Shown here in pieces: positions 1 through 9,237 of a stretch of 64,000 bases of DNA (position 1 is the first letter of the stretch; every line of letters starts with the position of its first letter). The DNA lies in assembly GCA_946539765.1 (NCBI GenBank), contig CAMNHO010000001.1:54773-118772 (forward strand). Reading direction: 5' to 3'. The notes under the pieces were generated by a model, which made no database searches, was not told where the DNA came from, and saw nothing but the letters and a program-made list of their open reading frames with translations. Origin of the DNA: an uncultured Faecalitalea sp. GTDB lineage: Bacteria; Bacillota_I; Bacilli_A; Erysipelotrichales; Erysipelotrichaceae. Position numbers and translations under genes: made by a program.

Positions 1-1
1 C

Positions 2-190
2 TTTACACCAATCCAGGAATGGCCGGGTATTCTTTGCCATGATCAGGATGAGCTGAAACAGGCAATTGAAAATCTGGAACCAGAACATTGTGCCCAAATT
101 GCCCGTCGCCATATTCGGCAGATGGGTTCATATGAGAATGAAAATGCCACGAAGATCGTATGCGATCGGATACGGCAATGGACGAAATAG
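2..190 (+). CDS. 3' end of an upstream CDS (partial); the tail resembles TagF-type CDP-glycerol/ribitol phosphotransferases
   Basis: Open frame from the window edge to TAG at 188-190 (...PGILCHDQDELKQAIENL...ENENATKIVCDRIRQW). Only 62 codons are visible, so the family call rests on the C-terminal tail alone. Confidence 0.3.
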   Translation, partial: FTPIQEWPGILCHDQDELKQAIENLEPEHCAQIARRHIRQMGSYENENATKIVCDRIRQWTK

Positions 191-199
191 AGGAAAAAT

Positions 200-1045
200 A
201 TGAAAATTTTAGTAACAGGATATAAGGGACAACTAGGTTATGATGTTGTCAACGAAGCCCACGCACGACAAATCGAAGCTGTGGGTGTCGATATCGATGA
301 AATGGATATTACCAATGCGCAGCAGGTACATGATGTCATTACTGCCGGAGCATATGATGCGGTAGTTCATTGTGCCGCCTGGACCGCTGTCGATAAAGCG
401 GAAGACATGGTGGATGTGGTCCGCAAGGTCAATGCCGAAGGAACGAAAAATATCGTGGAGGTATGCCGCCAGCTGGATATACCGGTCATGTACTTTTCCA
501 CTGATTATGTCTTTAACGGACAGGGAACGATACCATGGAAAGAATACGATCACAGAGAGCCGCTGAATGTATACGGACAGACCAAATACGAAGGGGAACT
601 GGCTGTGGAAAGCTATCCGAAGCATTTTATTATCCGTATTTCCTGGGTATTTGGAAAGAATGGCAACAATTTTATCAAAACGATGCTTCGCTTAGGAAAA
701 GAAAGAGGTGCTGTATCCGTGGTCAATGATCAGATCGGTATGGTGACCTATACCTATGATCTGGCCCGGCTGGTTGTCGATATGATCCAGACACAAGCTT
801 ATGGAACGTATCATGCGACCAATTCCGGTGATTTTATCAGCTGGTATGATTTTGCGTGTGAGATTTTTAAACAGGCGGGCATGGATGTGAAGGTTACACC
901 GGTTGACAGCAGCGCCTTTCCAGTTAAGGCGGTCCGTCCGAAAAACAGCCGGATGAACCAGAGCGAACTGGATGACCATGGCTTTGAAAGACTACCACAT
1001 TGGAAAGATGCGTTAGCTAGATATTTAGATGAATTAAAAGGATAG
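200..1045 (+). CDS. rfbD: dTDP-4-dehydrorhamnose reductase
   Basis: 281 aa. N-terminal MKILVTGxxGQLG Rossmann motif and a YGxTK catalytic motif (YGQTKYEGE), with length typical of RmlD. Confidence 0.9.
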   Translation: MKILVTGYKGQLGYDVVNEAHARQIEAVGVDIDEMDITNAQQVHDVITAGAYDAVVHCAAWTAVDKAEDMVDVVRKVNAEGTKNIVEVCRQLDIPVMYFSTDYVFNGQGTIPWKEYDHREPLNVYGQTKYEGELAVESYPKHFIIRISWVFGKNGNNFIKTMLRLGKERGAVSVVNDQIGMVTYTYDLARLVVDMIQTQAYGTYHATNSGDFISWYDFACEIFKQAGMDVKVTPVDSSAFPVKAVRPKNSRMNQSELDDHGFERLPHWKDALARYLDELKG

Positions 1046-1053
1046 GTGATTTC

Positions 1054-2220
1054 ATGGCTCAGACAATAAAAAAAGATATCTGTTTCTATGTGCCTTTTGG
1101 AATCTGGGCTTACTTCTCTGTATTCTGGCATACCTTTTTGTATCCGTATATCGCTATTTTTTACCTTCCTTTATCGATAGTATGCATGCTGGTGATCGGT
1201 CTGCGGGAATGCCTTTTTTTAAAGACCTATACATGGAAAGATATTCTGGGAGCCGCTTTTGCCATATTCGGCATGATTATAGCAATCCGGCTTCATGAGG
1301 GTACCGTCATGTATTCGTGCTTTTTGATCTTCTGTGGCCGGCATACTGATTTCAGGAACTTAATGAAAACGTGTCTGATCAGCTTTAGCCTGAGCTTGCT
1401 GACGATCGTTCTTTGTTCACAGATTGGTATGATCCCGGATTATATCCTAGATGCCGGCGGTGTTCGGCCACGTCACTTTCTAGGTTTCCGGTATGCCTTG
1501 TATGCACCGAGCATTTATTTTAATCTATGTGCTGTGCTGCTGTATCTGCGAAAACAGAAGATAACATGGATCGAATCTGCAGCTATGGCGGCCATTGCGC
1601 TCTATTTATACAAGATGACGGATTCCCGGTTATGTTTTGTTTGGACCTTGTTATTGATTGTCATCGGTCTTTTGTTGAAATACGGTTTTGATTTCTTCAG
1701 CCGTCGGACGCTTTTAAAGCTTTTAATGACCTTCTCGCTTCTTTTATCAGCATTGGTCAGTTATGGTCTGGTCTATGCATATCAGCAGAAGGTTCCAGTT
1801 ATCCTGACGTTAAATGACAAGCTGAGCAATCGTTTAGGCAAAGCGTCGCAATCATTGGAAGAAAATGGTTTATCATTACTGGATCATAACATCGAGTTCA
1901 ATGGCAATGGTTTGAATATGGATGGACAGTCCGGAAAAGATGAATCCGAAACAAAAGACAACTATGTAGATTGTTTCTATGTAAAGATGCTGCAGGAATA
2001 TGGTATTGTGTTTTTTTCCCTGGTTTTGATCTTGTATACCAAGGTATTATGGCATCTGCAGAAGAAAAATGAATTATATATACTGGCTATATTCAGCTTG
2101 ATAGCCTTGCATGGCATTTTGGATGACCTGATCTTCAAATTGTTCTATCATTCGTTCTGGATGGTAGGAAGCTTTGTGTTGATCCGTCACAACAGGAGGA
2201 CAGACGATGAGTATTTATGA
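1054..2220 (+). CDS. Wzy-type polysaccharide polymerase / O-antigen-ligase-like membrane protein (paralog A of 3)
   Basis: 388 aa and highly hydrophobic multi-pass. Shares blocks with the ORFs at 11826 and 13075: RHxLGFRYxLYxPxIYFNLCA, YKxTDSRLCF, NRLG, GNGLNM, YVDxFY..LQ.YG, LHGIxDDL. Confidence 0.6.
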   Translation: MAQTIKKDICFYVPFGIWAYFSVFWHTFLYPYIAIFYLPLSIVCMLVIGLRECLFLKTYTWKDILGAAFAIFGMIIAIRLHEGTVMYSCFLIFCGRHTDFRNLMKTCLISFSLSLLTIVLCSQIGMIPDYILDAGGVRPRHFLGFRYALYAPSIYFNLCAVLLYLRKQKITWIESAAMAAIALYLYKMTDSRLCFVWTLLLIVIGLLLKYGFDFFSRRTLLKLLMTFSLLLSALVSYGLVYAYQQKVPVILTLNDKLSNRLGKASQSLEENGLSLLDHNIEFNGNGLNMDGQSGKDESETKDNYVDCFYVKMLQEYGIVFFSLVLILYTKVLWHLQKKNELYILAIFSLIALHGILDDLIFKLFYHSFWMVGSFVLIRHNRRTDDEYL

Positions 2221-3259
2221 ACATACATTGTATCAGCAGGACCTGGCGGCTGTAGCCGGGCTGCATTATGACTGGAATCGATTAAAGGATGCTTCTTTTT
2301 TGATCACCGGAGCGACCGGCATGATCGGCAGCTTCCTGATTGATGTCCTGATGAAAAAGAATCAGGAGCAGCAGTTGAATTGTACGATCTTTGCGGTGGG
2401 ACGAAGCGAAGAAAAAGCCAGAAAACGGTTTGGCGATATCTTTGATTCCGACCAATTTCGTTTTCTTCAGCTGGATATCAACAAACCGTTTACACTTGAT
2501 GTGGAGTCTATGGATTATGTGCTGCATGCCGCATCCAATACGCATCCTAAAGCGTATGCGACCGATCCAATCGGTACGATCACAGCCAATGTGATCGCAA
2601 CTCATCAGCTGCTTGAACAAGCCAGCCAGAAACAATGTAAACGTTTTGTGTTCTTATCTTCCGTGGAAATATACGGTGAAAACCGTGGCGATGTGGATGC
2701 CTTTGATGAGAACTATCTTGGTTATATCAATTGTAATACGTTGCGAGCCGGCTACCCGGAAAGTAAACGAGTCGGAGAAGCTTTATGCCAGGCCTATATT
2801 TCGCAGAAAGGCATGGATATCGTCATTCCACGTTTATCGAGGGTCTATGGACCGACCATGCTGATGAGCGATTCCAAGGCATTATCACAGTTTATTAAAA
2901 AGGCCTTAAACGCGGAAGATATTGTGTTAAAGAGTGAAGGAAACCAGTTTTATTCGTATTCTTATGTAGCGGATATTGCTTCGGCAATCTTCAAGATCCT
3001 ATTCGATGGAAAAAACGGGGAAGCATATAATGTTTCCAACAGCGACATCACCTTAAAGGCGCTGGCCGGCATGATTGCCGAGAGCGTTGGACGTAAAGTG
3101 GTCTTTGAACTACCGGATGAAACAGAAAGAAAGGGATATTCCACCGCAACCAAAGCCATCCTGGATACCACGAAAGTACAAAAGCTTGGATGGGAACCTT
3201 TGTATACAATGGAACAGGGAATCCGCCGTACCATTGAGATATTAAAGGAAACAGAATGA
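2207..3259 (+). CDS. NAD-dependent epimerase/dehydratase (extended SDR)
   Basis: 350 aa. ITGATGMIGS glycine-rich motif and a YxxxK motif (YPESKRVGE). Overlaps the upstream ORF by 14 nt. Confidence 0.8.
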   Translation: MSIYEHTLYQQDLAAVAGLHYDWNRLKDASFLITGATGMIGSFLIDVLMKKNQEQQLNCTIFAVGRSEEKARKRFGDIFDSDQFRFLQLDINKPFTLDVESMDYVLHAASNTHPKAYATDPIGTITANVIATHQLLEQASQKQCKRFVFLSSVEIYGENRGDVDAFDENYLGYINCNTLRAGYPESKRVGEALCQAYISQKGMDIVIPRLSRVYGPTMLMSDSKALSQFIKKALNAEDIVLKSEGNQFYSYSYVADIASAIFKILFDGKNGEAYNVSNSDITLKALAGMIAESVGRKVVFELPDETERKGYSTATKAILDTTKVQKLGWEPLYTMEQGIRRTIEILKETE

Positions 3260-3346
3260 CACGGATCGATATCGATGAGAACTATTTGACGGAACGCATA
3301 AAAAAAGATATCGTAGTATTGGCGATTATTAGAAAAGGGCAGGATT

Positions 3347-4708
3347 ATGACACGAATTGGTTTTTTTAATTTTTTGATCAATGTATTGACCGCAGCTATT
3401 CTTTTGATTGTGTTTCCGTTTGATGCATTTTTTCCAAAGAGATTATTTGTGGTCTATTGTATTATGCAGATATTGATCGGCAGATATCAGAATACGGTAT
3501 TACTGGTATGGGATGAGATCAAGCTATGCATACAAAGTCATTTCTGGTTCTTTATCATTGGAACATTGATTATTTATCCGGATTATCCGCAGGATACATG
3601 GATCTTATTGTTGTTTACTGCAGCCTGTTTCTTTTTCTCGGTCTTTTTTGCCAGAAATACGCGGATCTGGTTTCGAAATCAATTTAAAAGAAGGGTTTGT
3701 GTCATCGGGATGGGGGCTTCGGCTTCCAAACTGATGGGCGTTGTGCACACAAACCGTTTTTCATTGTTAGACCTGAAATGTTTCATTGATTGTAATCATT
3801 CGACCTTCTTTGAGAATGTGCATTATCAGAACTGCATGATCCCGCAGGATCAAACCATCCTGCCGCTCGATCAACTGGAAATGGCATTAAAAAAATATCA
3901 GATTGATACCGTGATTGTGGCGATTACCGAAATGGATCGTGAAGATATGCAAAGGATCGTCAATCGTGTCAAGGATAAAGTGACCGATATCATGTATTTG
4001 CCACAGATGACCAATCTGGTGACATTCGATACCAAGTTCAAGGATTTTGACGGATTGATCTTGATATCCAGCAGTCATGGACCGATGAAGTTGATGTCGA
4101 TCATCTCCAAGCGGATTTTGGATATCGTTATATCCTTAGCGGGGATGTTGATGTTGATCCCACTGACGGTGTTTGTGTTCTTTAAGAATCGTTCACAGGG
4201 AGATACAGACCCGATCTTCTTTAAACAAGATCGGATCGGAAAGAATGGAAAAGTATTTCAAATCTACAAATATCGTACCATGGTACCGAATGCCGATCAG
4301 ATCCTGGAAGAGATGATGGCCAAGGATCCTGCCATCCGGGAAGAGTATGAAATTAATAAAAAGCTGGAAAACGATCCGAGAATTACCAAGGCCGGTGAGT
4401 TTTTGCGTGAGAAAAGTCTGGATGAATTTCCTCAGTTTATCAATGTGTTAAAAGGACAGATGTCTTTGATCGGACCGCGCCCGTATCTGGAACGGGAAAT
4501 CGAGGATATGGGAGAGTATTATGATATTGTAATTCAGTCTAAACCGGGGCTGACCGGTATGTGGCAGACACATGGTCGCAGCGATGTGGATTTCCAGACG
4601 CGTCTGGAACTGGATGATTATTATGTACACAACTGGAATTTCTGGATGGATGTTACTCTGTTTGTGAAGACCGTTCGAATTGTACTATATGGAAGTGGAG
4701 CAAGATAA
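3347..4708 (+). CDS. Undecaprenyl-phosphate sugar phosphotransferase (priming transferase, WbaP/CpsE type)
   Basis: 453 aa. N-terminal TM helices plus a C-terminal bacterial sugar transferase domain (KRILDIVISLAG..., DEFPQFINVLKGQMSLIGPRP, GLTGMWQ). Confidence 0.85.
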   Translation: MTRIGFFNFLINVLTAAILLIVFPFDAFFPKRLFVVYCIMQILIGRYQNTVLLVWDEIKLCIQSHFWFFIIGTLIIYPDYPQDTWILLLFTAACFFFSVFFARNTRIWFRNQFKRRVCVIGMGASASKLMGVVHTNRFSLLDLKCFIDCNHSTFFENVHYQNCMIPQDQTILPLDQLEMALKKYQIDTVIVAITEMDREDMQRIVNRVKDKVTDIMYLPQMTNLVTFDTKFKDFDGLILISSSHGPMKLMSIISKRILDIVISLAGMLMLIPLTVFVFFKNRSQGDTDPIFFKQDRIGKNGKVFQIYKYRTMVPNADQILEEMMAKDPAIREEYEINKKLENDPRITKAGEFLREKSLDEFPQFINVLKGQMSLIGPRPYLEREIEDMGEYYDIVIQSKPGLTGMWQTHGRSDVDFQTRLELDDYYVHNWNFWMDVTLFVKTVRIVLYGSGAR

Positions 4709-5508
4709 TGGATAATGTAAAAATTATTGTGGCGACGCATAAGGCTTATCGAATGCCAAAAGATCCGATGTATCTGCCTTTGCATGTAGGAGCACATGGA
4801 AAATCGTTGGATCTTGAATATGTCAAGGATGATATCGGAGATAATATTTCGGAAAAAAATCCGTATTATTGTGAGCTGACGGGTTTATACTGGGCCTGGA
4901 AGCATGTTCATGCCTCTTATATCGGACTGGTTCATTACCGTCGTTATTTCAAGGGGACGACCCCGTCAAAAGACAAATTTGAACAAGTGCTCAAAGAAGT
5001 GGAAATTCGTCAATATATACCAAAAATAAAGGTATTTGTACCAAAAAAACGAAATTACTATATTGAAACGCTATACACGCATTATGCGCATACACATTAT
5101 GCGGAACACCTGGATAAGACCCGACAGATCCTGGAAAACAAATACCCGGAATATGTTCCATATTATGACAAGGTCGTACAGCAGACCCATGGCTATATGT
5201 TCAATATGATGATCATGGAGCATGATCTGCTGGATATGTATTGTACATGGTTGTTTGATATTCTGGGGCAGCTGGAAACAAAGGTGGATACAGCAAAGCT
5301 GTCGGCTTTTCAATCACGTTTCTATGGCCGGGTCAGCGAGATCATCTTTAATGCCTGGCTGGCATATCAGATCGATCAGGGTACGATCCGTAACGATGAA
5401 ATCAAAGAGCTTCCTTTATTACAAATGGAATCGACAAACTGGATCAAAAAAGGCGGCTCATTTATAAAAGCCAAATTCTTTCATAAGAAATATGAGGGCA
5501 GCTTTTAG
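4708..5508 (+). CDS. DUF4422-type putative glycosyltransferase
   Basis: 266 aa. The N-terminus IIVATHKAYRMPKDPMYLPLHVGA and the EL(T)GLYWAWK motif are typical of the DUF4422 family found in polysaccharide loci. Confidence 0.65.
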   Translation: MDNVKIIVATHKAYRMPKDPMYLPLHVGAHGKSLDLEYVKDDIGDNISEKNPYYCELTGLYWAWKHVHASYIGLVHYRRYFKGTTPSKDKFEQVLKEVEIRQYIPKIKVFVPKKRNYYIETLYTHYAHTHYAEHLDKTRQILENKYPEYVPYYDKVVQQTHGYMFNMMIMEHDLLDMYCTWLFDILGQLETKVDTAKLSAFQSRFYGRVSEIIFNAWLAYQIDQGTIRNDEIKELPLLQMESTNWIKKGGSFIKAKFFHKKYEGSF

Positions 5509-5520
5509 AAAGGAATAGCT

Positions 5521-6237
5521 ATGAATATCGCAATTATTATTGCCGGTGGTTCCGGTTCAAGAATGGGGCAGGACATCCCGAAGCAGTTTATTAATGTCTA
5601 TGATAAACCGGTGTTGATCTATACGCTGGAGGGGTTTCAGAAACATCCGCAGATTGATGCCATCGAAGTCGTATGTATTGACGGCTGGCATGATATTGTG
5701 TGGGCCTACGCCAAACAATTCAATATCGATAAACTAAAATGGATCGTATCCGGAGGCCATACCGGTCAGGAATCTATACGTAACGGTGTCTATCATCTGG
5801 AAGGGATTGCCAAGGATGATGACAATATCATCATTCATGACGGCATTCGCCCGTTGGTCGATGAAACCGTTTTGTCGGATCTGATCATCAAATGTAACAA
5901 ATATGGCAATGCGGTGACATCTATGCCATATAATGAACAGATCTTTATCGTTGATGATGAGATTTCCACAGTACAGTATATTCCAAGAGAAACATTACGT
6001 CGTGTGGCGACACCACAGGCCTATAAATTTAAAAAGCTGGACTGGGCGTATCACGAGGCTTTTGAAAAAGAAATCGGTATTTATGGATCTTCTTATACAA
6101 ATACCATGATGGTGGAACTGGGAGAACGTTTATACTTTGCGGCTGGTTCCGATAAGAATATCAAACTGACCACAAAGGATGATCTGGAAATGTTTAAGGC
6201 ATATTTGAAATCCGATAAGGATAACTGGTTAAAGTAG
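5521..6237 (+). CDS. IspD/TarI-family cytidylyltransferase (probable alditol-phosphate, e.g. ribitol-5-P, cytidylyltransferase)
   Basis: 238 aa. The IIIAGGSGSRMG...PKQF N-terminal signature marks the IspD/TarI family. Placement inside a glycopolymer locus favours a TarI-like role. Confidence 0.75.
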   Translation: MNIAIIIAGGSGSRMGQDIPKQFINVYDKPVLIYTLEGFQKHPQIDAIEVVCIDGWHDIVWAYAKQFNIDKLKWIVSGGHTGQESIRNGVYHLEGIAKDDDNIIIHDGIRPLVDETVLSDLIIKCNKYGNAVTSMPYNEQIFIVDDEISTVQYIPRETLRRVATPQAYKFKKLDWAYHEAFEKEIGIYGSSYTNTMMVELGERLYFAAGSDKNIKLTTKDDLEMFKAYLKSDKDNWLK

Positions 6238-6245
6238 GTGAAAGA

Positions 6246-7232
6246 ATGGATAAGACATTAACGATCTCTGTGGCTGCCTATAATGTGGAACCGTTTTTGA
6301 AAAAATGTCTGGATTCCCTGGTTGTCGATGAAGTTCTTGAGGATCTGGATGTAATTATTGAGAATGACGGTTCTAAGGACAAAACTGCACAGATCGCAAA
6401 CGAATACGTGGAAATGTATCCGGATTCCTTCCGGCTGATCAATAAGGAAAACGGCGGCTATGGCTCCACTATCAATCAGAGCATTAAGCTGGCCAGAGGG
6501 AAATATTTTAAACTGCTGGATGGGGATGACTGGTTTGAAAAAGATGGCTTGATTTCTTTGATCCGGCGACTGAAAAAGCTGGATAGTGATTGTGTCATTA
6601 CGCGCTTTAACAAGGTAAAGGATGAAACATTCACTTATGAAGAAGTCGTTCCGGCCTACCATCCGTTAGAAGGGAATATTGTCAAGGTGGCGGCGATAAA
6701 AAAGCCGGTGATTTTTGGCCATTGGCAGTTAACTGTGAAAACTGAGCATCTAAAACATGAGAACATTTCCTTACCTGAGCATATGTTTTATACGGATCAG
6801 CTGTTTGTGGTCCATTCTTTATCTGGTATAGAAACGATTTCCTTTTTGGATTTTCCGGTCTATTCTTATCGGGTTGGCCGGGATGGACAAACAGTCAGTC
6901 GTCAAAGCCGGATCAAGAATGCAGACCAGGCGGTCACTGTCTTTAAATATATATTGGATGTATACAGCGAAAAGGTCGAACAAGGAAAATCAAATCCGGT
7001 ATTGCAGGCCAGAGTCGCGCGATACTATCACTATGTCATAAAGACCTTATTGTTGCTGCCGAGATCCATGAACGCATTTAAGCAGTTGATCAGCCTGGAA
7101 AAATATACAAAAGAGAAGTCCCCTGCAATCTATAAGGATGTATTTACGATGGGCCGGCCTGTTTCTGTTTTAAGAATGACAGGGTATCTGGTCTATTTCT
7201 ATGTAGGTGGGAAAATAAAGAATTGGGAATAA
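6246..7232 (+). CDS. Family 2 glycosyltransferase (tandem paralog 1)
   Basis: 328 aa. Motifs ISVAAYNVE..., IIENDGSKD, NGGYGSTIN and LDGDDW (DxD). Confidence 0.85.
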   Translation: MDKTLTISVAAYNVEPFLKKCLDSLVVDEVLEDLDVIIENDGSKDKTAQIANEYVEMYPDSFRLINKENGGYGSTINQSIKLARGKYFKLLDGDDWFEKDGLISLIRRLKKLDSDCVITRFNKVKDETFTYEEVVPAYHPLEGNIVKVAAIKKPVIFGHWQLTVKTEHLKHENISLPEHMFYTDQLFVVHSLSGIETISFLDFPVYSYRVGRDGQTVSRQSRIKNADQAVTVFKYILDVYSEKVEQGKSNPVLQARVARYYHYVIKTLLLLPRSMNAFKQLISLEKYTKEKSPAIYKDVFTMGRPVSVLRMTGYLVYFYVGGKIKNWE

Positions 7233-7234
7233 CA

Positions 7235-8206
7235 ATGAAAAAAATATTAACAATATCTATTGCAGCATACAATGTAGAGAAATTTATTCATCAGACACTG
7301 GATTCTTTATCGATTCCGGAAGTGATGGATCAGCTCGAAGTGATTATTGAAAATGATGGATCGAAGGATTCGACAGCCTCTATCGTGCAGGACTATGTTG
7401 ATAAATATCCACAGACGTTCCGATTGATCAATAAGCCCAACGGTGGGTATGGTTCAACGGTCAATCGCAGTATGACAGAGGCCACCGGCAAGTATTTTAA
7501 ACTGCTGGACGGCGATGACTGGGTAGATCCAAAAGGTTTGCAGCATCTGGTGGAACTGTTGGAAAACTGTGACTCCGACTGGGTGATGTCCCGGCGTTTT
7601 GACGCTGTTGAAGGACAGCCGTTAAAGGAGCATATTCCGACCTGGGCTAAATACGAAGGACAGACATTGCGGATGAAAGAGTATGAAGGTAACTTTTATC
7701 CGGGTATCTGGCACACTACGGTAAAAACCGAATTGTTGCAGAAACTGCATTTTCAATTACCGGAGCATACGCTATATACCGATCAGCTGTTTATTGCCTA
7801 TATGATGCCCTATGTGGACACGATAACGTGTGATGCCACACCGGTCTACTGTTACAGGCAGGGACGGGATGAGCAAAGTGTATCCAAGGCCAGCATGATC
7901 CGGAATTATAAAGATGAATTAAAGGTCCTGCATCTATTGGTGGATTACTATCATGATTGTCCGGCCATTACGGATGAAAACCGTAAACCGGTATTAAGTC
8001 GTTTTAAGTACTATTATAAGTATGGAATGGCATCTTTGCTGCTGGTGCCGAAATCTACGGGAATGTATAAAAATATCCGGGAGATCGAACAAAAGGCCAA
8101 GTTTTTAACACCGGATCTGTATAAAATCTCTACAGAAGGAGATATTCGTATCCGTTTGATGCATTGGACCGGTGGAAGGGCCTATTGGCTCGTCAAAGGG
8201 AAATAA
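7235..8206 (+). CDS. Family 2 glycosyltransferase (tandem paralog 2)
   Basis: Start moved to the ATG at 7235 (MKKILTISIAAYNVE), just after the upstream stop at 7230-7232. Its GT2 motifs are almost superimposable on those of the preceding ORF. Confidence 0.85.
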   Translation: MKKILTISIAAYNVEKFIHQTLDSLSIPEVMDQLEVIIENDGSKDSTASIVQDYVDKYPQTFRLINKPNGGYGSTVNRSMTEATGKYFKLLDGDDWVDPKGLQHLVELLENCDSDWVMSRRFDAVEGQPLKEHIPTWAKYEGQTLRMKEYEGNFYPGIWHTTVKTELLQKLHFQLPEHTLYTDQLFIAYMMPYVDTITCDATPVYCYRQGRDEQSVSKASMIRNYKDELKVLHLLVDYYHDCPAITDENRKPVLSRFKYYYKYGMASLLLVPKSTGMYKNIREIEQKAKFLTPDLYKISTEGDIRIRLMHWTGGRAYWLVKGK

Positions 8207-8221
8207 TGAAGGAAGAGGGTG

Positions 8222-9220
8222 ATGTCAATGAAGGAAAAAGAAATAGGAACCATCTATGAAAATGTAGAAGAGACCAATATCACATGCCGGCAGATCCTTT
8301 TCGTGCTCCGACGGGACTTCCTGAAGGTCATCGCCATTGTTCTTCTTGGCTTTGGCCTTGTGACGGGTTCCGCGCTTGTACGTCCCAAAACATATGCCAG
8401 TGAAGGGATCCTTTATTTTTCATCGGTCGATCAACAGGGAAACGCGTTGACCGAGGATCAGAAGACGACCAATATCGATCTGATCTATAATGTGAAGCAC
8501 TATATGATGAAGGATTCTATTTCCAAAGAGTTGATGGAACTGACAGGCTATGATAAACAGACATTGCGAAACAATCTGATCATAGTTCCAAAAACGAATT
8601 CTGGGGATGCTATGAATTCTTATGTGATCGTTCGTGGAAAAGCATTTACTCCGGAAATGGCATATCAGTTAACACAAAAGGCCATGGATGCATATATCAC
8701 CAATATATCCAAAGAAACATATGTAGATGTGCAGATAGCTGAACAGCCGACCGTCAATCCTGTGCCATTTACTCCCATTATGCATATTTTCTATCTGGTG
8801 GGCGCAGCAGCGGGAATTGCTTTAAGCTTGTTATATGTGATCATTCGCATTAATACCGATCCTCGCTTGTATTTTGTGCAGGATGCCGAGGCCTATCTGG
8901 GACTGCCTGTTATCAACATTGAAGACCAGTCTTTACGCACACAGGTCAAGCATTCCTTTACAAATCAGGAAAATCGAAAGATCTGCGTGATCCATGCGCC
9001 GGATCTTGAAATGACCGACCTGGTAGAAAAAATGACGGATATGGATGTTTCGGCTGTATCGACCGATGCAGTGGATGCGATGGTAGAACAGGGGCGAAAT
9101 GCTGATCTGCTGGTGCTGGCTATCAGCCGAGAAAAATCCAATAAAAAGAAATTAAAAAAGACGATCCAAACGGTAGATCGTCTGATTCCAACACCCATGA
9201 TCGGGGTGTATATGAAATAA
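8222..9220 (+). CDS. Wzz/CpsC-like chain-length determinant fused to a degenerate BY-kinase-like C-terminal tail
   Basis: Two TM helices flank a roughly 170-aa extracytoplasmic region. A DAEAYLGLPVI linker follows, then a tail resembling the end of CpsD-type kinases (ADLLVLAISREKS...MIGVYM). There is no Walker A and no C-terminal Tyr cluster. The start is ambiguous (GTG 8219, ATG 8222 or ATG 8228). Confidence 0.6.
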   Translation: MSMKEKEIGTIYENVEETNITCRQILFVLRRDFLKVIAIVLLGFGLVTGSALVRPKTYASEGILYFSSVDQQGNALTEDQKTTNIDLIYNVKHYMMKDSISKELMELTGYDKQTLRNNLIIVPKTNSGDAMNSYVIVRGKAFTPEMAYQLTQKAMDAYITNISKETYVDVQIAEQPTVNPVPFTPIMHIFYLVGAAAGIALSLLYVIIRINTDPRLYFVQDAEAYLGLPVINIEDQSLRTQVKHSFTNQENRKICVIHAPDLEMTDLVEKMTDMDVSAVSTDAVDAMVEQGRNADLLVLAISREKSNKKKLKKTIQTVDRLIPTPMIGVYMK

Positions 9221-9237
9221 CGAAAGGAGGATGTCAT

